From NCBI GenBank assembly GCA_030059665.1, contig JANVYR010000001.1:64001-128000 (forward strand): a DNA stretch of 64,000 nt. The letters are read 5' to 3'. The first letter of the stretch is position 1. The number at the start of each line of letters is the position of its first letter. Below are positions 18,772 to 27,654 of the stretch, in pieces. The notes under the pieces are model-generated. The model had not been told where the DNA came from and made no database searches. It saw only the letters and a list, made by a program, of their open reading frames with translations. Both the position numbers and the translations under genes were made by a program. This DNA comes from Candidatus Calditenuis fumarioli (GTDB lineage Archaea; Thermoproteota; Nitrososphaeria_A; Caldarchaeales; Calditenuaceae).

Positions 18772-20199
18772 TTAGCTCCGATCGGCCCTCGGACCTGTAA
18801 CGCGCCACCTCGGGCCCCTGGACGTGTCCTCAACGACGATGCCGAGCGCGGAGAGCCCTGACCTTATCGAGTCGGCGAGGTCGAACCGGCGTTCTCGCCT
18901 CAGGGTCTCCCTCACCTCCAGCAGGAGGCCGAGGACGCCCTCCAGTAGCCTGCTCTCGGAGGCCCGCTCCTCCGGCAGGATGCCGAGCAACCCGTCCGCA
19001 ACGGCCATCAACCCCTCCGCCTCGACCAGAACGCTGCGGGAGACCTCCTCGCTGTCCTCGAGGTACCTCGCGAGAAGGCGGGTGCCCGCGTGGAGCGACG
19101 CGAGGGCCTCGGGCGTGTTCAGGTCGTCCTCCAGCTGTCCGACGAACGAGTCCCGAAGAGTCCTCAAACGTCCGGCGACCTCCGCGTCCCGCTCCGACTC
19201 CTCGTCCCTGACGTCCCTACGCCGCAGCTCGTCGACGACCGAGACTATGCCGTCAAGGGCCCTCGAGGCCGACTCGAGCTTCTCCCAGTCGAACTCGATG
19301 GGGCTCCTGTAGTGCGACGCCGCGTAGAAGTACCTGAGCTCCTCGGCCCTGAACCTCCTCAGCACTTCTCTTATCGTGACGATGTTCCCGAGCGACTTGG
19401 ACATCTTCTCTCCTCCCACGGTTAGTAGGCCGGTGTGGACCCAGAACCTGCTGAAGGGAGCGACGCCGGAGTAGGCCTCTGCCTGGACCCGTTCCGCCTC
19501 GTGGTGCGGGAAGATCAGCTCGATCGCGCCTCCGTGTATGTCCAGCTGGGGTCCGAAGTAGGTGAGGATGATCGCGGTGTCCTCTATGTGCCAACCCGGC
19601 CTCCCGTACCCCCACGGCGAGTCCCACCCCAGCTCCTCTTTGGGCCTCCGCTTCCAGAGCGCGAAGTCCTGGGGTCGCTTCTTGGTCGGATCGGGCTCGA
19701 TCCTGTGGACGCTCAGCTCCTCCGGCTCCCTTCCCGACAGCTCTCCGTATGGCCCGAAGGCAGAGGTGTCGAAGTAGACGCCGGTCTCCGTGACGTACGC
19801 GAAACCCTTCCTAAGCAGCTCCTCGATGACCGAGATGATCTCGTCGATGTGTTCCGATGCCCTGGCGAAGAGGTTTACGCTGGAGATCCTCAGGTCCCTC
19901 AGGTCCTCCATGAAGTACCTCTCGAACTCCCTCGCGTGCTCGATCGGGTCTACACCACGCTCTGCTGCACGTTGGATGATCTTGTCGTCCACGTCGGTGA
20001 TGTTCATCAGGTAGAAGAGCGAGTACCCCCGGAACCTCAGCAACCTCGCGAGGAAGTCGTAGGAGATGTAGGTCCTCGCGTGGCCGACGTGGGAGTAATC
20101 GTACACCGTGGGACCGCAAACGTACATCTTCACCCTGTTGGACCTCGCTGGCCTGAACTCCTCAACCCTCCTGGTCAGGGAGTTGTAGAGCCGCAGCAC
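18772..20199 (-). CDS. cysS: Cysteine--tRNA ligase
   Basis: CGPTVY, HVGH, GRPGWHIE, FPHHE, KMSKS. Confidence 0.96.
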   Translation of the reverse strand: MLRLYNSLTRRVEEFRPARSNRVKMYVCGPTVYDYSHVGHARTYISYDFLARLLRFRGYSLFYLMNITDVDDKIIQRAAERGVDPIEHAREFERYFMEDLRDLRISSVNLFARASEHIDEIISVIEELLRKGFAYVTETGVYFDTSAFGPYGELSGREPEELSVHRIEPDPTKKRPQDFALWKRRPKEELGWDSPWGYGRPGWHIEDTAIILTYFGPQLDIHGGAIELIFPHHEAERVQAEAYSGVAPFSRFWVHTGLLTVGGEKMSKSLGNIVTIREVLRRFRAEELRYFYAASHYRSPIEFDWEKLESASRALDGIVSVVDELRRRDVRDEESERDAEVAGRLRTLRDSFVGQLEDDLNTPEALASLHAGTRLLARYLEDSEEVSRSVLVEAEGLMAVADGLLGILPEERASESRLLEGVLGLLLEVRETLRRERRFDLADSIRSGLSALGIVVEDTSRGPRWRVTGPRADRS

Positions 20200-20302
20200 A
20201 ATCGGTCATGCACCTTCCCCGCATCACCTCCGGCTACTCATCTACCTTTTCCCGGAGGAGGGCGTTCCGAACAGGGCGAGCACCGGCATTTCTCCACCGC
20301 CG

Positions 20303-21652
20303 TTGCCGAGGGGAAAGCGATATGTGTGGTTCCCGGATCTGGACCTGGAGTTGAGAGTCTTCGCGGACCTGCAGATCCACTCCAGGTACTCGGGAGCCAC
20401 GTCGGGCAACATGAACCTGGACGAGCTGACGCACTACGCGGACCTGAAGGGGATAGACCTGCTCGGCACAGGGGACGCGCTACACCCGGCCTGGCTGAGG
20501 GAGCTGAGGGAGAACCTGGAGGAGGAGGCGCCGGGGATCTACCGGTACCGGCGTGGAGGGAGGGTCAGGTTCCTGGTCCAGACGGAGGTCGCGACGGTCC
20601 ACGAGCACGCGGGGAAGGTGAGACGGATCCACCACGTGATACTGATGAGGTCGCTGGAGGTCGCCGAGCAGCTCTCCTACGCCCTGAGAAGGTTCGGTGA
20701 CGTTTCCTCCGATGGGAGGCCAGTGCTGAACGTCCATCCCGCGGAGCTCGTGGACGTGGTGCTTTCCACCGACAGCAGGTCCTACCTCTTCCCAGCCCAC
20801 GCCTGGACTCCCTGGTGGTCCGTCTTCGGAGCGATAGGCGGGGTCGACAAAATCGAGGAGTGCTACGCCGACAGGTCGGACAGGATTCACGCCATCGAGA
20901 CCGGCCTCAGCAGCGACCCGCCGATGAACTGGAGGGTGAGCTGGCTGGACCGCTTCCTGCTGCTGAGCTCATCCGACGCGCACAGCCCTTACCCCTATCG
21001 GCTCGGCCGCGAGATGGTGGTCTTCGAGCTGGGGGAACTCAGCTACGAGGAGGTCCTCAGGGCCCTGACGAGGTATCCCGGCAACTCGAGGGTCGTGATG
21101 ACGGTGGAGGTCCCTCCGAGCTACGGGAAGTACCACTGGTCGGGCCACAGGAGGTGCGGTGTGGGGCCGCTCCCTCCTGAGAAGGCGAGGGCGCTGAACT
21201 ACAGGTGCCCCAGGTGCGGCAGGAAGCTCACGAAGGGCGTCGAGGACCGGGTCGAGGAGCTCGCCGACAGGCCGCCGGGTTACAGGCCCGAGAACGCGGT
21301 GGACTTCGTGTACGCGCTGCCGCTACAGGAGCTGATAGCGCTGTCGATGGGGGAGGACCCGACCGCCACTAACCTGATGTCGAAGAGGATCTGGGGCGAG
21401 TACGTGAGGCTGGTGAACGCCTTCGGCAGCGAGGTGGAGGTCCTCCTGAGGGCACCGGTCGAGAAGGTGGCCGAGATCGGTGGCCCTCTGCTCGGCAGAC
21501 TGATCTCGATGATGCGGAGGGGTCAGCTCCAGGTGATTCCGGGGTACGACGGCGTCTACGGCAGGCTAGTTCTTCCGGAGGACCTGAGACCGGGGAGGGC
21601 GAGGCGCAGGTCGAGGGGCCCAGCTGACGGCCAGCTCGACGCGTTCGTTTAG
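20303..21652 (+). CDS. PHP-domain endonuclease Q-family protein (TIGR00375-like)
   Basis: DLQIHSRYS, GTGD, PAHAWTP, SSSDAHS, GKYH...C, CPRCG..LTKGV..RV..LADR. Confidence 0.82.
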   Translation: MPRGKRYVWFPDLDLELRVFADLQIHSRYSGATSGNMNLDELTHYADLKGIDLLGTGDALHPAWLRELRENLEEEAPGIYRYRRGGRVRFLVQTEVATVHEHAGKVRRIHHVILMRSLEVAEQLSYALRRFGDVSSDGRPVLNVHPAELVDVVLSTDSRSYLFPAHAWTPWWSVFGAIGGVDKIEECYADRSDRIHAIETGLSSDPPMNWRVSWLDRFLLLSSSDAHSPYPYRLGREMVVFELGELSYEEVLRALTRYPGNSRVVMTVEVPPSYGKYHWSGHRRCGVGPLPPEKARALNYRCPRCGRKLTKGVEDRVEELADRPPGYRPENAVDFVYALPLQELIALSMGEDPTATNLMSKRIWGEYVRLVNAFGSEVEVLLRAPVEKVAEIGGPLLGRLISMMRRGQLQVIPGYDGVYGRLVLPEDLRPGRARRRSRGPADGQLDAFV

Positions 21653-21658
21653 CCCACC

Positions 21659-23569
21659 TCAGTCGCCTGCGAGGTGGATTGAGTCCAGGTTCTTCGGCGC
21701 GTATATCGAGGCCCCGGGCACGACCTTCCGTGCGACCGAGGAGATCGATCCGACCGCCTCCGGCTCGCCGTGGACGAAGACCAGGTTCCTCGGCTTCGGG
21801 CTGACCCGCTTCATGTAGGCGATCAGCTGCTGCCTGCTCGAGTGCCCGGAGAAGCCCTCGATCTTCTCGACCTGCATGCGAACCGTCAGCGGCTCGTACT
21901 TCCCCTCCTCGTTCATTATCTGGACCTCCCTCATCCCCTTCAGTATCTTCCGGCCGAGGGTACCCTCCACCTGGTAGCTCACGAAGAGGAGCAGGTTCCG
22001 CTCGTCGCCGCAGAGCTTCCTGAAGTAGGACAGCACCGGCCCTCCCTCCATCATGCCCGACGTCGCGAGGATCACCGCTGGCTCCCTCGACTCCAGGACC
22101 TCAGCCCTCTGCTGCGGGCTCCTCACCAGCGTGAAGTAGTCGGAGAGGAAGACGTTACCGACCTCAGCCATCTCCTTCTGCAGCCTCGGCGACATGTACT
22201 CGGGGAACATCATGTGGATGGCCGTCGACTCGATCAGGAGGCCGTCCGCGAATATCGGGACCTCCCTCAGCTTCTTCTCCTCGAAGAGCCTCCTGAGCAC
22301 CAGCATCACCTCCTGGGCCCTTCCCACCGCCGGCACCGGCATCAGCACCTGACCTCCCCTCTCGACGGTGCGGGAGATGTGCTCGCCCAGCAGCCTCACC
22401 GCCTCCTCCCTGGTGTAGGGCACAGGCGTGGCTCCGTAGGTGCTCTCCATTATCAGCGTCTCCATCCGGGGGAACTTCGTCACCGCAGGCCCGAGCATCT
22501 CCGTCTCCTCGTACTTGAAGTCCCCGGTGTAGACCACGTTGTAGAAGCCCTCGTCGAAGTGGAGGTGGGCTATGGCGGAGCCTATGATGTGGCCCGCGTT
22601 GTAGAACGTGAGCCTGATGTCCGGGGTTATGTTGGTCACCACGCCGTACTTCAGGGTGGTGACGTACTGGGCCATCACCCTCACGTCGTTCTCGGAGTAG
22701 GGAGCCATCTCGCCCTCCTTCCCCATCAGGTTCAGGTAGTCCAGGTGCTCCATGATCATCAGCGGAAGCGTCGGCTCCGTCATGTACACCGGCCCCCTGT
22801 ACCCGTACTTGAACAGCAGCGGCAGAGCTCCGTGGTGGTCCATGTGGGAGTGCGTGATGACGACCGCGTCGAGCTCGTCTATCAGTTCAGGCCGCGCATC
22901 GAAGCGTGGGAAGGCCTCGGAGACCCTCGAGGCGCCTGCATTTATCCCTGCGTCGAGCAGGACCTTGCTCTCCTTCGTCTCCACGAGGACGCAGGAGCGG
23001 CCGACCTGTAGGCCTCCGCCGAGGAAGGTCAGCCGGACCTCGTTCCCCTGGAGGATCCTGTCCCGGAAGACCCGCTCGCCGATGGAGCGGAGGATCTCGA
23101 GCCTCTCGGATCCAGCGCCGTAGATGTACTTCCTGACCTTCTCCACCGTGGTGGAGGTCATCGGCGGCTCCCTGTTGACGACGACCACCCAATTGAGCCT
23201 CCGCTCGAGCTCCGAGATGACCGACTCGTCTATCGGGACCACGACGTCCCTCGTCTTTATCGTGAGCACCACCTCGCCCAGCTCCTCGTCTATCCTGAGC
23301 GAGTACTGGTGTCCGGAGAAGGCCTCCGCGACGGCCCTCTCCACTTCCTCCCGGGGTGCCCTGATGGACGGGTCGGGCCTGACGATCACGCGCTTCTTGA
23401 TCAGGTTGACCAGCTCCCGCGCTATCCTGTTCCTTTCGGCGAAGACCTCCGGCCTGTCGGTGTATATCGCTATCCGGGGCCCCTCGAAGTCGAGCTTCGT
23501 CGCTACCCTCTGGCCGTTCCCGATCGTGGCTAGATACCGGAATATCTCGTCCCTGAGCGCACTGAACAT
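21659..23569 (-). CDS. fttA: KH + beta-CASP ribonuclease aCPSF1 (termination factor FttA)
   Basis: N-terminal KH, VGRSC, THSHMDH, NAGHIIGS, GDFK, MESTYG, FSGHS, VHGE. Confidence 0.95.
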   Translation of the reverse strand: MFSALRDEIFRYLATIGNGQRVATKLDFEGPRIAIYTDRPEVFAERNRIARELVNLIKKRVIVRPDPSIRAPREEVERAVAEAFSGHQYSLRIDEELGEVVLTIKTRDVVVPIDESVISELERRLNWVVVVNREPPMTSTTVEKVRKYIYGAGSERLEILRSIGERVFRDRILQGNEVRLTFLGGGLQVGRSCVLVETKESKVLLDAGINAGASRVSEAFPRFDARPELIDELDAVVITHSHMDHHGALPLLFKYGYRGPVYMTEPTLPLMIMEHLDYLNLMGKEGEMAPYSENDVRVMAQYVTTLKYGVVTNITPDIRLTFYNAGHIIGSAIAHLHFDEGFYNVVYTGDFKYEETEMLGPAVTKFPRMETLIMESTYGATPVPYTREEAVRLLGEHISRTVERGGQVLMPVPAVGRAQEVMLVLRRLFEEKKLREVPIFADGLLIESTAIHMMFPEYMSPRLQKEMAEVGNVFLSDYFTLVRSPQQRAEVLESREPAVILATSGMMEGGPVLSYFRKLCGDERNLLLFVSYQVEGTLGRKILKGMREVQIMNEEGKYEPLTVRMQVEKIEGFSGHSSRQQLIAYMKRVSPKPRNLVFVHGEPEAVGSISSVARKVVPGASIYAPKNLDSIHLAGD

Positions 23570-23719
23570 GCTTGATCCATCACCACCGGATAGGGCTTAG
23601 CCCTGCCCGATCAGATGGAGGGCCGGTTATTAGCGTTTCTTCACGCTGCGGTCCCACGCGATCATCGGGTAGCACGGACTCTCAATTCCCATTCGCCGGA
23701 TCACGTTGCTATCAAATTC

Positions 23720-23824
23720 TGCCGGGGGTGGGATTCGAACCCACGACAACCGCGTCTCCCATCGAACCCGATTATGAGCGCGGCCCTGTGGCCGTGAGCC
23801 TCTGGCCAGCTGAGGTACCCCGGC
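23720..23824 (-). tRNA. Elongator tRNA-Met(CAT) with two introns (14 nt at 22/23 and 17 nt at 37/38)
   Basis: GCCGGGG/CCCCGGC, A73; intron 1 AGGCTCACGGCCAC (BHB helix GGCC/GGCC); intron 2 ATCGGGTTCGATGGGAG (helix CTCA/TGGG). Confidence 0.88.
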
Positions 23825-23950
23825 CGATCAGGAGTTCCTCCGACCCTACTCATTAACTTACACTGGACCGAACTCCGACCACCAGCACGCGGAGCCGTGT
23901 TCGGGGCATGAGGAGTCGCCGCCTGGTCACGGCCCGGTGAAAGGCGCGCC

Positions 23951-25414
23951 TCAAGGAGCCCTCCTTTTCGGTGACAGCAGCTGCAAGATGAACGCTCCCT
24001 GCCCCGCAGCCAGCAACGCGCCGAAGGTCAGCAGAGCAGCAACGCCCTCGGAGCCGACGGGCAACGGATAAGCCCTGCGGGGCGCGCCGAGGGAACCCAT
24101 GAAGGCCATCGTGTAGAGGAGCCCGAGGGCCGCGACGGCCGTGAGCACTATGTGGGCGTATGCCAGCTTCGGGTTCTCCGGCCTCCCGAAGAGCAGCCTG
24201 TAGCTGTGGTAGAGCGCACCGATCCAGATCAGGGTCACGGCGATCAGGATCGTCATCAGGTGGGCCGTGGCCGCGTAGGTCCCGTGAAGCCTGAAGGCCC
24301 ATCCGATCGTGCCGAGCTGCATCGCGAGAAAACCGTCAGCTATGTAGACGCCGAAGCCGAGCATGGCCGCGAGGACCGCAGGCGTCAGCCGCAGGCCGAA
24401 AACGTAGGACGTTGCGAGGACGTTGAAGACGGAGAAGGCCGCACCGAACCCCGTCAGCCAGCTGGCGACCTGTCCCGTGTAGCTAAGCCCCTGGGGCTGG
24501 GAGGTGGGCATCGTGAACAGATGGTGGGGGAAGGCCATGATCGCTGCTGTGGAGTAGAAGACGATCGCGAAGAGCCCGAGCTTCTCGCTGAAGAGCGTCC
24601 TCGCCCTCTGCTCCTCCGAGGCCGTGTAGCGCGGGATCAGCCAGTAAACGGTTCCGAGCGCCATTATCCCCATGGCCTCCATCAGGTTGTGGGCGAATAT
24701 CCAGAACGGGTAGTTGAAGTTCATGGGTGTAAGAGCCCAACCGATGGAACCCAACGGGACGATGCCGACGAGCGCCAGGCCGATCGCGACCGCACCAACT
24801 GTGATCGCCGCACCGAGGGGAGGCAAGATGAAGACGTAAGGGAGCATCCCGGCCATCCCGGAGGGGTTGAGCGTTCCCATGAACCTCTCGAGGACGAGGG
24901 CCTCCTGCGTCTTGCCTCCGAAGACGAGCCGCGCCAGCGCAGCCGGGTAGAGGGCCACCACCACCGCGAGCACGAGAACCACTCCCCAGACGAAGACGGT
25001 CAACCCCTCCATCGACCAGAGGCCTTTGAAGACGCCGACCGCCGGCAGCGGGAACATCAGGGTGTAGCTGGTCCTGACGCCGAGGCCGAGGACAGACGCC
25101 GCTATCATCAGCATCCCCAGGTTCAGCAGGACGTATGATGCCTTGACCAGGAGACCCTTCACCGGTTTGCCGTAGCAGAATCCAGCCCTCAGCAGCGAGA
25201 GGCCCATCATCAGCTGGAAGAGGCCGCCGAAGGTCATGACGGTCCCGTGGAAGGTGAGAAGCGTGTTGTATTCCGGTATCCTCAGCAGACCGGTGGCGTG
25301 GGCCAGGACCATCAGCAGCCCAGCGGTGCCGCCGGCGAGGAACCAAGCCAGCGAGGTCAGCACCATCAGCCTCGGATACCTCGTCAGGTCCTCCAGTTTC
25401 ACGCCGGCCTCCAC
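23951..25414 (-). CDS. Heme-copper oxidase superfamily subunit I, probable NO reductase (nNOR-like)
   Basis: About 12 TM; TFHG, AHNLME (Glu at H+4), PHHLF, AHLM (Met at the second heme-ligand position), PRR. Confidence 0.8.
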   Translation of the reverse strand: MEAGVKLEDLTRYPRLMVLTSLAWFLAGGTAGLLMVLAHATGLLRIPEYNTLLTFHGTVMTFGGLFQLMMGLSLLRAGFCYGKPVKGLLVKASYVLLNLGMLMIAASVLGLGVRTSYTLMFPLPAVGVFKGLWSMEGLTVFVWGVVLVLAVVVALYPAALARLVFGGKTQEALVLERFMGTLNPSGMAGMLPYVFILPPLGAAITVGAVAIGLALVGIVPLGSIGWALTPMNFNYPFWIFAHNLMEAMGIMALGTVYWLIPRYTASEEQRARTLFSEKLGLFAIVFYSTAAIMAFPHHLFTMPTSQPQGLSYTGQVASWLTGFGAAFSVFNVLATSYVFGLRLTPAVLAAMLGFGVYIADGFLAMQLGTIGWAFRLHGTYAATAHLMTILIAVTLIWIGALYHSYRLLFGRPENPKLAYAHIVLTAVAALGLLYTMAFMGSLGAPRRAYPLPVGSEGVAALLTFGALLAAGQGAFILQLLSPKRRAP

Positions 25415-25415
25415 G

Positions 25416-25967
25416 TCACACCACCCTGAACTTCGATGCCATCGCGGAGTGGCCGTCGCCGCAGTACTCGAGGCACCTCACCGTGTACTCTCCTGGTTCC
25501 CTCAGCTCGAGGACGATCTCCTCGGTCATACCAGGCATCAGCATGACCGTTGCGAGCAGCTCTCCCTTCGGCGAGTAGACGGCAAACGCGTGGATCGCAT
25601 CGAGGCTCCTGGCGACGAACTTGACGACCCCGGTTCTGAGCTCGTACGCGTCCAGCCTGTAGCCCCACATGAAGGCCTCCACCTGGACGACCTGCGTGGG
25701 CTCCTGTTGCGTCGAAACCGCTGTCTGGGCCTGGATCCAAGGTATCCACTGGATGCTGACCAGGTTGATCGCGGTCCACGTCAAGCCGATCGCTATCAAC
25801 CATACCACCTCCGCGGCCCTGATGAGGCGCTCGTTCTCCCGCAGTCCCTCCGCTGAAGCTCGCTTCCCCCTCCTCACCGAGAGCAGGAACAGCGCGACGA
25901 ATACCACTAGGAAAGGTGCCGTGAGGTAGACGAAGATCAGGACCGCGCCGGCACCTGTGCCCATCAT
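25416..25967 (-). CDS. CuA-containing subunit II (cupredoxin)
   Basis: Two TM helices, then DAIHAF and CLEYCGDGHSAM (H..CxExCxxxHxxM). Confidence 0.9.
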   Translation of the reverse strand: MMGTGAGAVLIFVYLTAPFLVVFVALFLLSVRRGKRASAEGLRENERLIRAAEVVWLIAIGLTWTAINLVSIQWIPWIQAQTAVSTQQEPTQVVQVEAFMWGYRLDAYELRTGVVKFVARSLDAIHAFAVYSPKGELLATVMLMPGMTEEIVLELREPGEYTVRCLEYCGDGHSAMASKFRVV

Positions 25968-26212
25968 CGCCAGACCCTTTTCCCCGTCAATATATAGCCG
26001 TTATACTGGAATTAGGCTGCAATAAGACCACCAAAAAGGGAACCGCAGCGACGGGCTGTTCGCCTAGGGACCACCACAGAGCGGGCCGGTTAGCTCCACG
26101 AGGAGAGGACGGTCCATCGAGACGGCGCGAGCGGAAAGGTCAGGGACGCGTCTGCTGGGTGGCATCGGTGGGAAGACGCGCGTTAAACGCTTAAATCAAA
26201 TGCGCTGGGGAT

Positions 26213-26788
26213 GTGGGTGTGAGCCTGAACCTGAAGGTGACGACGATAATGAACCGCGACATAGCAGCGGTCGATGCGGACAGCACCGTCGAGGAGGCTG
26301 CGAGGGTGATGGCGTCCCGGAACATCGGTGCTATCGCGGTGAAAAGGGGAGGAGAGATCGTGGGGATCATGACCGAGCGGGACGTTCTGAAGCGCGTGGT
26401 GGCGGCCGGTAGGGATCCGAGGACGACGCGGGTGGAGGAGGTGATGAGCAGCCCTCCGATATCGGTGGACTCGAACGCCACGGTGGGAGAGGCCGTCGAC
26501 CTGATGAACAGGAGGGGAATAAGGAGGGTCTTCGTCAGGGAGGGCGGAAGGATCGTTGGGATCTTCACCCAGCGCGACGTGCTCGCCCTGATGAGGGTCT
26601 GCCTCTACTGCCTCGGGGAGATAATCCGTACGCCCGGCGCTCCGAGCTCAGGCCTCATCGGCTGCAGGTGCGGTGCCCTCTACCACGCAGACTGCGCCAG
26701 AACGGTGGTTTACTGCATCGACTGCGGATCGAAACTGGTCGAGCTCGTCGAGTACACGTCACCTGAAGACACGATGGCTGCCGACTGA
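26213..26788 (+). CDS. Tandem CBS-domain protein with C-terminal C4HC3 zinc finger (RING/PHD-like)
   Basis: Two CBS repeats (IVGIMTERD, IVGIFTQRD), then C-x2-C-x17-C-x-C-x4-H-x2-C-x6-C-x2-C. Confidence 0.85.
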   Translation: MGVSLNLKVTTIMNRDIAAVDADSTVEEAARVMASRNIGAIAVKRGGEIVGIMTERDVLKRVVAAGRDPRTTRVEEVMSSPPISVDSNATVGEAVDLMNRRGIRRVFVREGGRIVGIFTQRDVLALMRVCLYCLGEIIRTPGAPSSGLIGCRCGALYHADCARTVVYCIDCGSKLVELVEYTSPEDTMAAD

Positions 26789-26799
26789 GGGGGCGATCG

Positions 26800-27600
26800 A
26801 TGGACTTCGAGATCCCCTTCTTTTTCTATCACCAGGGGAGGAGGTTAGCGACCGTCTCGATTGAGCTGATGAGGCCGGTCCGGAACCTCGGAAGGGTGCT
26901 CGACGCGCTTGAAAGTTCAGGCATCTCGGTGCTCGGGCTCACCAGCTGGTTGCCGTCCGGTGACTCGGAGTGCGTGGGCTTCCTGATGGTGGTGGACACG
27001 ACAGGACACGGAAGCGATCCGGGTGAGCTGGTCAGGAAACTCTCCGAGCTCCCTGGGGTCACTAACGTCAGGATCTGGCGCTCCGGGATCGACGGTTTCG
27101 CGGCGATGACGCCGAACGGCTTCCCGACCTTCATCGGCGAACGGGTGTACGTCATGCCATCGGTCGTCTTCAAATCCATCTACCACGCTCTGTACAGGAG
27201 CCACGGAAAGACCCTCTTCGTCATCCTTTACCTCGCAGGAAAGGCAACGGGCGAGAGGGCAGCCGAGCTCAGATCCCTCTTCATGGATCAGGAGGCGGAG
27301 CCACTCGAGTCGCTGGTCGCGATCCTCAAGGTGCTCGGCCCTCCGCTGGGAGTCCTAAGGGACGTCGAACGTTTGGAAACGAATGGAGACGTCACGAGGC
27401 TGATGGTCGAGGATCTGGCGGACTGCGTGGCTCTGAGGGAGCTGAGCCCAAGAGCTCCGACAGGTCACTTCCTCCGCGGGTTCATCGAGGGCTTCATGCG
27501 GTCGCTCGGCGAACCGGTCGAGGTCTTCGAGACGGAGTGCATCAACCTCGGACACCCGAGCTGCGAGTTCGAGCTGAAGCGCACCGGTGTCCACAGCTGA
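26800..27600 (+). CDS. ACT-like + V4R domain protein
   Basis: N-terminal L.RVLDALESSGISV ACT-like region; C-terminal HFLRGFIEG..ETEC...G..SCEF V4R motif. Confidence 0.72.
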   Translation: MDFEIPFFFYHQGRRLATVSIELMRPVRNLGRVLDALESSGISVLGLTSWLPSGDSECVGFLMVVDTTGHGSDPGELVRKLSELPGVTNVRIWRSGIDGFAAMTPNGFPTFIGERVYVMPSVVFKSIYHALYRSHGKTLFVILYLAGKATGERAAELRSLFMDQEAEPLESLVAILKVLGPPLGVLRDVERLETNGDVTRLMVEDLADCVALRELSPRAPTGHFLRGFIEGFMRSLGEPVEVFETECINLGHPSCEFELKRTGVHS

Positions 27601-27619
27601 TCCATTGGACTGGAGAAAT

Positions 27620-27650
27620 GAGAAGAGGCGGACAACAAAATCGCCTTCTC
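27620..27650. terminator. Inverted repeat between convergent genes
   Basis: GAGAAG(A)GGCG-N11-CGCCTTCTC. Confidence 0.35.
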
Positions 27651-27654
27651 GATT

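Noticed and set aside
23575-23719. Second box C/D sRNA upstream of aCPSF1
   Set aside because: Only a weak GAUGAUC...CUGA pair; no D'/C' boxes or terminal stem.
23951-25414. Ordinary aa3/ba3/cbb3 oxygen reductase
   Set aside because: No helix-VI Tyr (Glu instead), a His->Met heme ligand change, and CuA rather than cytochrome c subunits.
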